DNA from: a virus
Taxonomy: Duplodnaviria; Caudoviricetes
Virus record (IMG/VR): IMGVR_UViG_3300021256_000011
Coordinates: 1 to 64,000 of that record
DNA length: 64,000 nucleotides
Reading direction: 5' to 3' (one strand)
In this document: positions 48,631-58,600 of the stretch, piece after piece
Position numbering within the stretch: position 1 is the stretch's first letter
Layout: each line of letters starts with the position of its first letter
Notes under the pieces: model-generated
Seen by the model: the letters and a program-made list of their open reading frames with translations, nothing else
What the model was told of the DNA's origin: nothing
The model's database searches: none
Translations under genes and position numbers: made by a program

Positions 48631-48915
48631 TCAGTGCTTCTTCCGCCAAGATGACGGTATACGCCTGCAGAATTCCTTGAAGTTATAGAGCGTCACATTG
48701 CGCTTCGGCTTGGAAAACATCTTGTTTTTGATGATACTGTGGACAGCATCGCGAGATTTGCCGAAGTGCTCGGCTATATCATCAGCCGTTGCGCCGACAG
48801 GCATGACCTCGGATAGCGCATGGTATAAAGCATCTTCTTGCTCCTTGGTACAACTATCATTTTTCAGTTGTACCTTGAACAGGTCCAGTAGTTCGATTAG
48901 ATATTCCTTTTCCAT
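48631..48915 (-). CDS. HTH-like DNA-binding protein
   Basis: TADDIAEHFGKSRDAVHSII. Confidence 0.55.
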   Translation of the reverse strand: MEKEYLIELLDLFKVQLKNDSCTKEQEDALYHALSEVMPVGATADDIAEHFGKSRDAVHSIIKNKMFSKPKRNVTLYNFKEFCRRIPSSWRKKH

Positions 48916-49322
48916 TATTTCATGAAGACATTATATGCAGCAAAAAGTAATAGCACAGCCATAGCGCCAAATAATATTATGTTAACTTGCGCGGCTACTT
49001 CAGTAAGTTCGATAAGGTAGTAATCAACAAAGGATACGGCTTGAGGAAGAAGCGGAAGTATGCAGGCGGTCTTATGCCAGCAACAGAGGCGGAGAAGTTT
49101 CGAAAGGACCAGGAAAGCACAAACGGTTACCGGAGAGACATAGAAGAGAGTGTCGAAGAGTTTGACGATATCTTCTGGCGCTTGAGAAGTTATGATGAGC
49201 GTAACAAGATATGGTATTGTATAAAGAAACGGCATCAGCTGTACGGCTAATGTCACATATCGTAACTTCTTAACGAGTCCATCTAGGTCTAAAGTTCTTC
49301 GGCCTTGTTCCACGGCGTACAT
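48915..49322 (-). CDS. multi-pass membrane protein (holin candidate)
   Basis: About 4 hydrophobic segments, downstream of the endolysin and spanin genes. Confidence 0.4.
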   Translation of the reverse strand: MYAVEQGRRTLDLDGLVKKLRYVTLAVQLMPFLYTIPYLVTLIITSQAPEDIVKLFDTLFYVSPVTVCAFLVLSKLLRLCCWHKTACILPLLPQAVSFVDYYLIELTEVAAQVNIILFGAMAVLLLFAAYNVFMK

Positions 49323-49462
49323 GGGTTATTACTTCCGCCTTTGTCTGATACAATCGTCCGCCTCTCGGGTTATCGTTCGGCACAACGGCTACTGGCACTC
49401 TTGCAAGAAGCGTGCCAGATTTACCGGGCTTAACCGTAACTTTGACCTTCGCCTTGGACATA

Positions 49463-49759
49463 CTACTTTATGAAAGGCCAAACCAGCCAACCGAGAGCGA
49501 TATATACCCATTCCGGCTTGTCGCACGGGAAATCCAGGTCGCAGTCTTTTGTCCGGGCCCGCTTATATCCGATCATGTAGCAGAAGTTATGGACGGCTAG
49601 TTCCCTTATCAGCGACTTGTCGGTCCGCAGGAAGATAGGCTGTTTCCCGTGGATTGCCTTGATCTGGTTGAGTGTTTTCTGGAAATCCTTCTTCGGTACA
49701 TCGAATGAATCGAAGATAGTCAGCACGCAGCCCGAGTCTGTAAATTGATACTTTACCAT
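49463..49759 (-). CDS. hypothetical protein
   Basis: 98 aa in the lysis cluster. Confidence 0.55.
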   Translation of the reverse strand: MVKYQFTDSGCVLTIFDSFDVPKKDFQKTLNQIKAIHGKQPIFLRTDKSLIRELAVHNFCYMIGYKRARTKDCDLDFPCDKPEWVYIALGWLVWPFIK

Positions 49760-50154
49760 AGTCTTATCAGTTTTAGGATTGGTTTACGAAATATCCAAAC
49801 AAGTGCTGCCGCCAGGGCCGAGATAAGCCACCAGAAAGCGCCAATTTTGAAGGATTTCCAGGCGGACAAGGATTTCTCTACCGGGACCTCCACGGCTGTC
49901 GTATCGTGGACTTCTCGCAGGAGTGTGTCGGTCTTGTACTTATCCTTGTAGATATACCTGTACTTAAAGCGGTCGATGTAGACGGTGTCGCCCTTGATCT
50001 GCTCCTTTATGTAGATACTATCCCGGAAGTACAGCGAGTCTCTCTGTACCCGGTCACGGTATTCAATCTGCGTCCGGACACGCTCTACGATGCGGGGACT
50101 GCAGGATACCGCCATCAGGAGACAGGCAAGGAGTATGCTAAGCCGTAAATTCAT
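49753..50154 (-). CDS. spanin-like lipoprotein
   Basis: Lipobox MAVSC, RDSLYFRDSIYI repeats, C-terminal transmembrane segment; follows the endolysin. Confidence 0.6.
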   Translation of the reverse strand: MNLRLSILLACLLMAVSCSPRIVERVRTQIEYRDRVQRDSLYFRDSIYIKEQIKGDTVYIDRFKYRYIYKDKYKTDTLLREVHDTTAVEVPVEKSLSAWKSFKIGAFWWLISALAAALVWIFRKPILKLIRLW

Positions 50155-50584
50155 AGACTTTTTCTGTTATGCCGTACTGTGGACAAACATCAAAATGCAA
50201 CCATGAGACACCTTTTTCTATACGAATAGGGCACGGTAGTTTGTGCGCATTGGCCTTAATCAGTTCGCGCATCTTCTCGGCCTTCATCGTAGGGCATGAT
50301 AGGTCCAGGGCCTTCCCGAAGATGTGGGACGATAGATAGACAGAAGTCTTAGACTTGACCATTTGGCACATATTGCAGCGGAGCCCTCGCTGGTGCTGCG
50401 ACCTGGAGTTGCAGTACATCGGCATCTTGATGATCTCTCGCCTGATTACGAGCAGGCACCATAGAAGATTCGTGTCGAGAAACTGCCAGGAATTCTCGCC
50501 CCACTTGGCATAGGTGTGGTCACAAACCAACTCATCTATGTCGAAGTAGGGCTTGATTTCCTTGAGTATTTCTTCCCTAGTCAT
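50138..50584 (-). CDS. endolysin, peptidase M15 family
   Basis: YFDIDELVC, RGLRC, SSHIFGKALD, SWLHFD zinc ligands; start reset to MTREEIL. Confidence 0.85.
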   Translation of the reverse strand: MTREEILKEIKPYFDIDELVCDHTYAKWGENSWQFLDTNLLWCLLVIRREIIKMPMYCNSRSQHQRGLRCNMCQMVKSKTSVYLSSHIFGKALDLSCPTMKAEKMRELIKANAHKLPCPIRIEKGVSWLHFDVCPQYGITEKVYEFTA

Positions 50585-50588
50585 GGCC

Positions 50589-51029
50589 TTATTTGAACAT
50601 GGGGAACAGGGCCTCGATGACACCGCAGTCGTAGTCCTGCTTTCCGTACTCCTCAGCGAACTTCTCGCCGTCGATGGAGGGAACATCCACCTCTTCGTTA
50701 TCGAGGTCGTTTATGGCCTTATTGAAGCCGTTGATGGCCTCCAGGAGGTCGGTGTGAGAGTTGATCTTCTCGACGAGCTCTTTCCTCTTAGCGGCGTCGC
50801 TTTCCTGGTTGAGCTGGTTCTGCATCTCCTGCACCTCTTTCAGTTCGGCGTCATAGGGGCCGAGATGGGCAACCCGGAGGTCTTCGATGGCAGCATCGTA
50901 CTTCTTCCCCTGCCCGAGCAGGAAAAGATGGTTCTTGATGATTGTGTTTCGAAGTTCCTTGTCCTCAATACGTGGAATCTTGATGGTCTTCAGCGCATTC
51001 AGCGCGGGCTTGATTTCTCTTTTCTTCAT
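50589..51029 (-). CDS. hypothetical helical protein
   Basis: 146 aa between tail and lysis genes. Confidence 0.6.
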   Translation of the reverse strand: MKKREIKPALNALKTIKIPRIEDKELRNTIIKNHLFLLGQGKKYDAAIEDLRVAHLGPYDAELKEVQEMQNQLNQESDAAKRKELVEKINSHTDLLEAINGFNKAINDLDNEEVDVPSIDGEKFAEEYGKQDYDCGVIEALFPMFK

Positions 51030-51052
51030 ATTGATATAGTTAGTTAAATAAG

Positions 51053-52546
51053 TTATTCTACAGAGTATATATTCAGCCTATAAAGAGCTCCATAAGTGTT
51101 GTTTCTGAATACTACCTGATAGTGCCTTCCTGCGGGAAGTTCGATAAGATTCACAACCGTACATGTAGTGACTTTATATGGCACACCTGGATAGGGGGCC
51201 GCAGACGAAGCTGGTCCCACACTTATTTCGGATGATGCGTCATGCTCATCTCCCTCACTATCTATCCAAACGATGCTACCTCTCTCCCACGCAATATCGG
51301 AGGTAATATAGAAGGCTTTTTCGGCCTCAATACGATTAGTACTAAGCTGGAGTAGGTTGCCGATAGAGTTGCCCTCACTGTCGGTATGGTCGATTTCGTG
51401 TACTTTCTGATTGCACTGCTGTCTCACGCGGAAGTCGATATAATAGTTAGGGCTGTCTGTAACTACGCCGGGGGCGTCTATGCGCACCGTGGTTGTATAA
51501 TAACCCTCAAAGGTGGCGATGTTTGCGTTACCGACATTCAATTCAACCTCTGCCCAGTTAGATATGGTTCCTCCGTGGTCCGGACTTAATGTCATGAGGA
51601 TAGGCGCATCAGGATTGCCTTTTCCTCCCCAATTCGAGCCCCAATTATAGCCTGAGATTTTAAGTTGCCTTGAACCACCCGTCTTAGGGAAGTTAAGGGT
51701 CTGTCCCTCTATCGAGACATCGTTTTCGTCCAGGACAGAGAGCAATGAGAGCTTCATCTGACAATAAGTCTTGGGGAAGAAAGTCGCCCAATAGGTGCCG
51801 TTCTTTAATACATAAGCGATAAACACCACATCATAAGTCACGGGCGAAGCGTAACTTGACGGCGGGGTAAAACTCACAGGCTGAGCGTACCCATCGAAGT
51901 TATCTATACTTTGGTCGCCAGCCGAGCCGACAGACGCGAGTGTAGGTACCGCTGTCGGGGTGCTTGCATTACGATAGAGATATCCAAAACGGAAATCATC
52001 TGGGATATCCCCTTTTCTTGTAAGTGCTTCAACGAGGTCACATGGTTGGAGATTTCTTCGAATATTATCAACAATATCCTTCTGCGCCACAACGGGAAGC
52101 CTCTGCCAAATCTGCTCCTGGCTCGTCGGGGAGGTGACATTCCCCACGATATCCGGTATCTGGGCAAAAGGCGGCCTCGGGGCATTGTAATACCCGTCAA
52201 AGTCAAGAACGCGATACCATGTAGATGGTGGAATCATGTTCCAATCATTAACGGCCTTTGCCCTCGTAAGAAGTTCTCCAAGATTAGAGGAAAAACATCC
52301 CGTTGCGGTGTCGGAGCAGTCAACTCCGTAGTTTACGCCTCCCCTCATGGCATCCGTCAGCTCTATGGGCTGAGGATGCTCTATGGGCTTATATTTGGCG
52401 TACTTTTTTATAGCATTTACGTGGACGCCCATTTCGTCCACATCCGCGCACAACAGACCTACAGCCCCGGTACTTCTTCCGAGGACATAGGCAATGTCTT
52501 CTACCACCCGTACAGGTGCTGATATGATTCCGTTGCTATTTCCCAT
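51053..52546 (-). CDS. putative virion/tail-associated protein
   Basis: IISAPV..VEDIAYVLG...INKYAKYKP-like N-terminus typical of Bacteroidales phage tail-region proteins; start reset to MGNSNG. Confidence 0.55.
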   Translation of the reverse strand: MGNSNGIISAPVRVVEDIAYVLGRSTGAVGLLCADVDEMGVHVNAIKKYAKYKPIEHPQPIELTDAMRGGVNYGVDCSDTATGCFSSNLGELLTRAKAVNDWNMIPPSTWYRVLDFDGYYNAPRPPFAQIPDIVGNVTSPTSQEQIWQRLPVVAQKDIVDNIRRNLQPCDLVEALTRKGDIPDDFRFGYLYRNASTPTAVPTLASVGSAGDQSIDNFDGYAQPVSFTPPSSYASPVTYDVVFIAYVLKNGTYWATFFPKTYCQMKLSLLSVLDENDVSIEGQTLNFPKTGGSRQLKISGYNWGSNWGGKGNPDAPILMTLSPDHGGTISNWAEVELNVGNANIATFEGYYTTTVRIDAPGVVTDSPNYYIDFRVRQQCNQKVHEIDHTDSEGNSIGNLLQLSTNRIEAEKAFYITSDIAWERGSIVWIDSEGDEHDASSEISVGPASSAAPYPGVPYKVTTCTVVNLIELPAGRHYQVVFRNNTYGALYRLNIYSVE

Positions 52547-52589
52547 AATTTGTTTCGAAATTACAGTAATTTTTTGACTTATGCAAGAA

Positions 52590-55500
52590 TTATGCCAGCC
52601 TGCTTTCCAGTTCTTCAATCCTCTTTTTGAGGCTCTGGATGACAGGGATGACAATACCCCAGAGGCTGTTGTAGTTCAGCGAGAGTTTGTCGTTGAATTC
52701 AAGGACTGCCCAAGGCATAACCTTCTGGACCTCCTGTGCGACAAGACCGCTTCCGTGCTGACCGTAGAGTCCTGACTTCTCGTTCCAGTCCCATTCGGCA
52801 CCCCTCAGAGAAGAGAGGATGGAAAGGGCCTTGTCAGTGGAGATGGCGGAGACATTGTCCTTGAGCCTTGCATCGGAACTGGCCGCTGCCGCCCCAGCCG
52901 TGATATATGCGTTACAGACAATGCCATCGGTCACCGTGAGGATACCTCCCGTGGTGATGTGCATATAGTGGGTGGTAGCGGCATTGTCGGGCCTTATCTT
53001 CAATCCCTCCTGAGAATCGGCATCAAGGACAAAACAAGGAGCGGAGGGCTCGTCTTTTCCGACGTAGACCTTTCCCGCCAGGTTGCTGTCTCCGAAGATG
53101 CTGAAGATTTTCCTTGCCGAAGAAGTGCCCACCGTGAGATTACCGCCGATGAGGCTGTTGCCCGTGGCTCTGAATGTGCCGGAGACATCGAGCTTATGAG
53201 CAGGCGAGGATGTACCGATGCCGACTCTACCGTTTGTTGTATCGAAGTAGAGCAGAGAGTCAATGCTTGTGGCCCCGGTGATAGTCCCGGCGAGGGTCAG
53301 GTTCCTCACTGCCCAGTCAACGGTATTGAGGTTGGAGTTGCCGGAGTGGTAATACGCCGTGTTGTCCACCGACCCGTTGGCCTTAAGGAACTGACTTGCC
53401 GTGCCACCGGACTTGACGAAAGAGCCTGCGGTGATTGCTCCGCTTGCATCTATCGTGGTCACTCCCGTCAACGCTCCGCTCACCGGGGAAGAGCCGTCGA
53501 AGGTCTGCCCCCAGATGGTCTGGGCGTTGAGAAGCCTGCCTGCGGTGGCTGCGTACTGACTGGTTGCGGCATCGTTGTTCTCGCTGGCTGAGTAGGTTAT
53601 GTCTGCCCTGAACGGAGCGGACAGGCCGTCAGCATTAGGACTGATTCTCGCCTCAGTAGTACCTGCCTTCACCGTGGGCACAAGAGGCTCGGCGAGTTCG
53701 TATTCGACGGGGGTGGCGAGGACATAGTTCAGCATAACACCAGACATTGCTATCTTGAAGGCGCCAGCATCTCTATCTTCCGTACCAATATATAGCTCTT
53801 TATTATTGGTATAGCTATTATATATGCAGTTGTTGGCTTTTATTGAACTCCAACTATCACTTCCACGGACTTCAAATTTTGAACAAATGATACTTTTATC
53901 TCCAGAAGAAGCTATTTTTTTGTCAGTAAAAGAGGTGGTATACATTTCGTTTTTGTCGGCACCAGAAAGCCAATTCAGCGTTCCCATATCCACTTCTCCC
54001 ACTCTCTTTATTAACTTATTCCCGACAATCTCGTCATAGACTGAGCCTGCGGATTTTACTCCATTTATTGTCAGTATCCCGTGCGGCTCATACTGTCCGT
54101 TGAAGGAGGAAGAGACGTTGATGCAGATGTCGTTGTTGTAGGTCGTGCGTGAATAAACAAAGAAAGCTATATAATAACAATCCTGTGGGGTTTCTATAAT
54201 ACCCGAGTTTAGTCTTTGCGCATCGTAACCGATATACGATTTGTCTTTCCGGTAAAAACGCTGCCGAATATCTCCTCCCGGAACATTTATATAGTATTGG
54301 GTCGATGGCAACACGGGAATAAGATTTTTACACATCATATATGAGTCGTTGTAAATCTTACGACCATCTTCGGCTGCATAATACCCATTCTCCCACTCCT
54401 CGTCCCATATATTGTGGCTCTTTACCCTGATGTTGTTCAGGCCGAGGTGGAGAGTGGACTTGCGGTAAGGCTCGTATGTCCCGTTCTTCGAGGCGTCGGA
54501 GAGGTTGATGCAGAAATCGCTTGCATTCCAACTCGCATTGGCGTAAAAATGAATATAGAAACAATTTGCTGGAGTTTGGTGTACTGTATTCCTTTGTACA
54601 GACCCGTCACTTGCCGATGAACCAAGATAGTTCATCCCCGCATCGTAATAGAGCAAATAAGCAAAACCGCTATTATTGGATTTGACATAATAATCCGTAT
54701 TAGGGAAAGCCATAATTGGGTTCTTACTCCTTTTCCAAGATGAACTTGTAACTGGTTGTCCGTTATTAGTGTCGTAATAACCGCTTTCAAGTACACCATC
54801 CCACTTGTTGAACCCGACTGTCTCCAGCGCAGAGGCGTCGTTGCTAATCAGCGTGCCTGCGTTATATTCGTGGTAGCCCGTGCCGAAATCAGCCTCGTAC
54901 TTCGCAAGGATTTGCTCATCGGTCAGGCCGTCTATTTCCGTGCCGTAGAGAAGGGTGAGGTCGACGATTGTCATATTTCTATAGTTATGTACATCACCTG
55001 AATAACCGTTGTGAAGACGAACCGCATTATATGTAGAAGAGGCACAAGTAACTATATGGTCTTTACGCTCCCATGTATCGGCGTTAATACAACTATATAA
55101 TGATCGGTTCGTACCAGGCTCTCCATAAAAAAATATGACACATGTACGACCAGCCACATTTGCTTTAATCTCCACTCCTATCTTATATTTATGACCAACA
55201 ATCATTGCTACATTTTGTTGTAAAAATCTGTCTCCACTGCTTTGGGCCTCAACTGTAGCAACATTGTTGGATACGGAAAATGTTATATCTTGTGATGACC
55301 TCGACCAATTGGACGTGTTTTCAAAATTCCCGTTTTGCACCAACTGATTCCACGAGAGCGTCCTGCCCTTGATCCTGTCGAGAGTGAGGGATTTGGCCTT
55401 GATGGTATTAGGGCTCTTCCTAAACACGAACTCCTGGTCGGTAAGGGCCTCCGAGATGCCTTCTATGGGCATATAGATATCCGCAAGGGCACTGAACTGC

Positions 55501-55622
55501 TGCTGGAGGTAGGTGTTCAGTCCCAGTACGGCTTCCATAACGGTGCGGGGAAAGCGGTTCTCAAGAGCTGCCCCCGTCTTGCCGTTGGTCATTTGATAAA
55601 TCTTTCCTGTTATCTGTGTCAT
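52590..55622 (-). CDS. tail fibre/spike with C-terminal intramolecular chaperone (peptidase S74-like)
   Basis: SSDARLK...GLVAQEVQKVMPWAV....LSLNYNSL..LKKRIEELE; internal carbohydrate-binding-like domains. Confidence 0.8.
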   Translation of the reverse strand: MTQITGKIYQMTNGKTGAALENRFPRTVMEAVLGLNTYLQQQFSALADIYMPIEGISEALTDQEFVFRKSPNTIKAKSLTLDRIKGRTLSWNQLVQNGNFENTSNWSRSSQDITFSVSNNVATVEAQSSGDRFLQQNVAMIVGHKYKIGVEIKANVAGRTCVIFFYGEPGTNRSLYSCINADTWERKDHIVTCASSTYNAVRLHNGYSGDVHNYRNMTIVDLTLLYGTEIDGLTDEQILAKYEADFGTGYHEYNAGTLISNDASALETVGFNKWDGVLESGYYDTNNGQPVTSSSWKRSKNPIMAFPNTDYYVKSNNSGFAYLLYYDAGMNYLGSSASDGSVQRNTVHQTPANCFYIHFYANASWNASDFCINLSDASKNGTYEPYRKSTLHLGLNNIRVKSHNIWDEEWENGYYAAEDGRKIYNDSYMMCKNLIPVLPSTQYYINVPGGDIRQRFYRKDKSYIGYDAQRLNSGIIETPQDCYYIAFFVYSRTTYNNDICINVSSSFNGQYEPHGILTINGVKSAGSVYDEIVGNKLIKRVGEVDMGTLNWLSGADKNEMYTTSFTDKKIASSGDKSIICSKFEVRGSDSWSSIKANNCIYNSYTNNKELYIGTEDRDAGAFKIAMSGVMLNYVLATPVEYELAEPLVPTVKAGTTEARISPNADGLSAPFRADITYSASENNDAATSQYAATAGRLLNAQTIWGQTFDGSSPVSGALTGVTTIDASGAITAGSFVKSGGTASQFLKANGSVDNTAYYHSGNSNLNTVDWAVRNLTLAGTITGATSIDSLLYFDTTNGRVGIGTSSPAHKLDVSGTFRATGNSLIGGNLTVGTSSARKIFSIFGDSNLAGKVYVGKDEPSAPCFVLDADSQEGLKIRPDNAATTHYMHITTGGILTVTDGIVCNAYITAGAAAASSDARLKDNVSAISTDKALSILSSLRGAEWDWNEKSGLYGQHGSGLVAQEVQKVMPWAVLEFNDKLSLNYNSLWGIVIPVIQSLKKRIEELESRLA

Positions 55623-55626
55623 CTCA

Positions 55627-58600
55627 TTAAGAGTTTATATGGATATAATCTTCTGTATCGTAAGTAGCCGCGTTACGCACAAAGTTCCACCCTATGTCAT
55701 CAAGGTAGTCCTGCGTAATCTTGCTTCCGTTCCACACGCCAGTTGTAATGGTGCCGAGGGTTGTAATTTTATCCGTTCCAACCCAGGTAGAAAGAGCCGT
55801 GTTCTCAACATTGTTTATTGATAGCAGGGAGCGTAGGTTTGCTGCGGTTATTACCCCTCCGAGGCTTACCGATGTCCCCGCAATCGTTATATAGCTGTTT
55901 GCAAGTTTCGCATTGGTAACCTTACCATCCCCGATGGTAACGGCTATACTGGTTGCACCGCTTCCGCTCACATCCCCGGACAATGTGATGGACTGGTTGC
56001 CCGTGAGGTAGTTCTTTCCCGATATCCAAGTTTCGATGTCCGTGACCTTGTCGGTCGTTATGTTCGGGATGTGCGCCGGGTTTATCGTTACATTCGGGAA
56101 ATCAGTATTATTGGTCAGCGACTCCCAAACTCTATTGAGGTCGATAGAACTGCCACCGCCGCCAGACCCCTGACCTCCGGCCGTCATGAAGCCTTCGGAA
56201 TAGACACCGTGGGAGAAGTGGAACCCTGTGGAATCCAGTTCAAGGTAATGGTCGGTGTCGCCAAAGTAAATCCTCTTGGTCGTGGACAGTGTGAGCGCAC
56301 CTGTTGCCGTTATCGAGCCTATTCCCGTGAGGTTCTGGGCCTGGGATGAGGTCTGCACTCTAGTCGTACCAATGTAAAGCGTAGGCTGGCCCGTCACAGA
56401 CTTCGGCACGCCGTCGGCCCAGTACTCCACGCCCCAGATGGAATAAGCCGATGTACCTGAAAGCCTTGTTGCCGACTTCGCTTCACCGTTGATGACATCA
56501 ATGACATTAAGGCTCGTGACGGTCAATTCATCCAGTTCTGGCGAGAGGAACCAATTCTCTATTGTTGTCACCCGTCCTGAGACATTGGAAATAGCCTCGG
56601 ACAGCGTAGCTGGCTGTACGGCCGTATCGGCAAGGCCAAGGCTGGTCTGGACTGCCGATGCAAGGTCGGTCTTAGGGATTCCGGCGCTGGGTTTTTGATA
56701 CGCCGTGTCTGCCTTGCCCAGGGAGGTCTGAACGCCACTCTCAAGGTAAGCCCTTTCGATAGCCGTGCCGTGCCACACTCCGCTTGTTATCGTGCCGACG
56801 GTGCTGAGGTTGGATTCAAAGGTCCCATTGTTGTTCCTTATGTAGAAACTCTCTCCGCCGAAGAACAGCGAGGCCAGATTGCTCTTGTTTGTGATGGTTA
56901 ACTTACCGCTGACCTCCGTGGGGCTGTCCAGAGAGATAAAGCCGTGGGTGGTATCATTATGGCCTATCTCTATGCTGTCATCCTGTATGATAATACGGCC
57001 ATAGTGCGTTGACAGGCCAAGCGAACACTCGTCATCTATATAGATGCTTCCCTGGTCATTGTTCCTATCATAATAAATTTCCAGGGGCCCTATATTAACC
57101 TCGTGGGCAATCATGTGCGTCCCGTAGATGTAGTCCCACGGAGATTGCTCACTTCCGAGGTCAAGGTTTCCGCTCGGCACAAGGGTCCTCCCGACAGTGA
57201 TGTTATTGCCAAAGGCCAAATCGGTGGTGTTGATAGCCGTTACGCCCGTCAGGTCGGTCACAAGGGCCCAAGTGTTTGTGTTTGCGGCGGTTTTCTTCAG
57301 ATATCCCGATGTGGCCGTCAGAGCCTCGATAGCCTTAAGGTCATCGGCACCCGTCACATTGGCAAGGGCAATCGTTGTGGGGAGCGTACCCATCGTCAAG
57401 GTGAGGGTGTTCCCGCTCTTGCTGAACCCAGCTACATAGTTGCCCGTACCTGATGCCACCACGGAGTTCACATAGGAAGATAGGTCAATGGTGGTCTCGC
57501 CTATCTTAGTCCAAGTGGAATTGGCGTAGACATACTCCTCGTACTTGTCCGCTCCGCTCCCGGAAGGGCCGATGAGGTAAAGCACATTCCCTTCTCCAGT
57601 GGCTGGCAGCGTGGCATAAATCTCGTAATGAAACTGATTGATAGCACCGATAAGGCTCTCAACCTCGCTCTTGAGGTAGTAGTTGGTCAGGTCGTTGACG
57701 GCCTTTGTGATGTAAGCCTTTCCGCTTATCCAGGTCTCAAGGTCGCTTATCTTTGCCGTGGTCAGTGAGGGGATGTCGGCGGCGACAAGCGCCCGGAAGG
57801 AGGCCGCCCCGTTTGTCCCGTTAGGAGCAGCCAGCACGGTGTTCGCATTTCTTGAAGCCGTAGCATCATAGACTCTTGTGCCGAAGTTTGCAAGGCTTTC
57901 AATGTTCGGGACTTGAGAGGCCGTTGCTTTTCCGCTTATCTCGCTGAAGGCATACGAAGGCTTGTTTTCGGCCTTTGCCCAGGCGTAGACATCCGATGCT
58001 GGCAAGGAAGTGGGGTAAGCGGGGAGTCCCACTACGCCGTTCACATCGGGAGAGTATTGCGTACTGCCGACATCCACCCTTGTCACCGTGCCCTGCGTCT
58101 GTCCCGTGACACTGAGAACGCCATTATTGATTACGAGACCACTACCTACCTTAATGAGGCCCAGGGTGTCGGCGCTTGCCGTAGGAACGCTTGTGAGGTA
58201 TCCCGCGCTGGCGTGATTGCCCCAGCCGTAAGCCGTCTCTCCGTGGGCCGCCTGAGACCTGATGGTTGCAAGGTCGCTAATGGTATCCTGTTTTCCCGAC
58301 ACCACTACTTCGAGGGCATCAAGGTCGGTGGCCGTGGCGAAGTAATTGCTATCGTGGCCGCCCAGCCTTATGGCGTTGTAGGCCGCCCCTCCGATAAAAT
58401 AGCCTTCAAGGACACCGAGCCTGCTATTGATTCCGTCCAAAGACTGGGCCTTCAACAGGGTCTTGGATACACCGTTGACTGAGAGAGAGACCTGATTGGC
58501 GCTCTCTGCGCCCCAAAGGACGGTTCCTGTCTCCCCGGCATCCTCAATGGTGATTTCCTCACCGGCCTCAGGGTCAACATACGAAAGCCGATCGTCAAGG

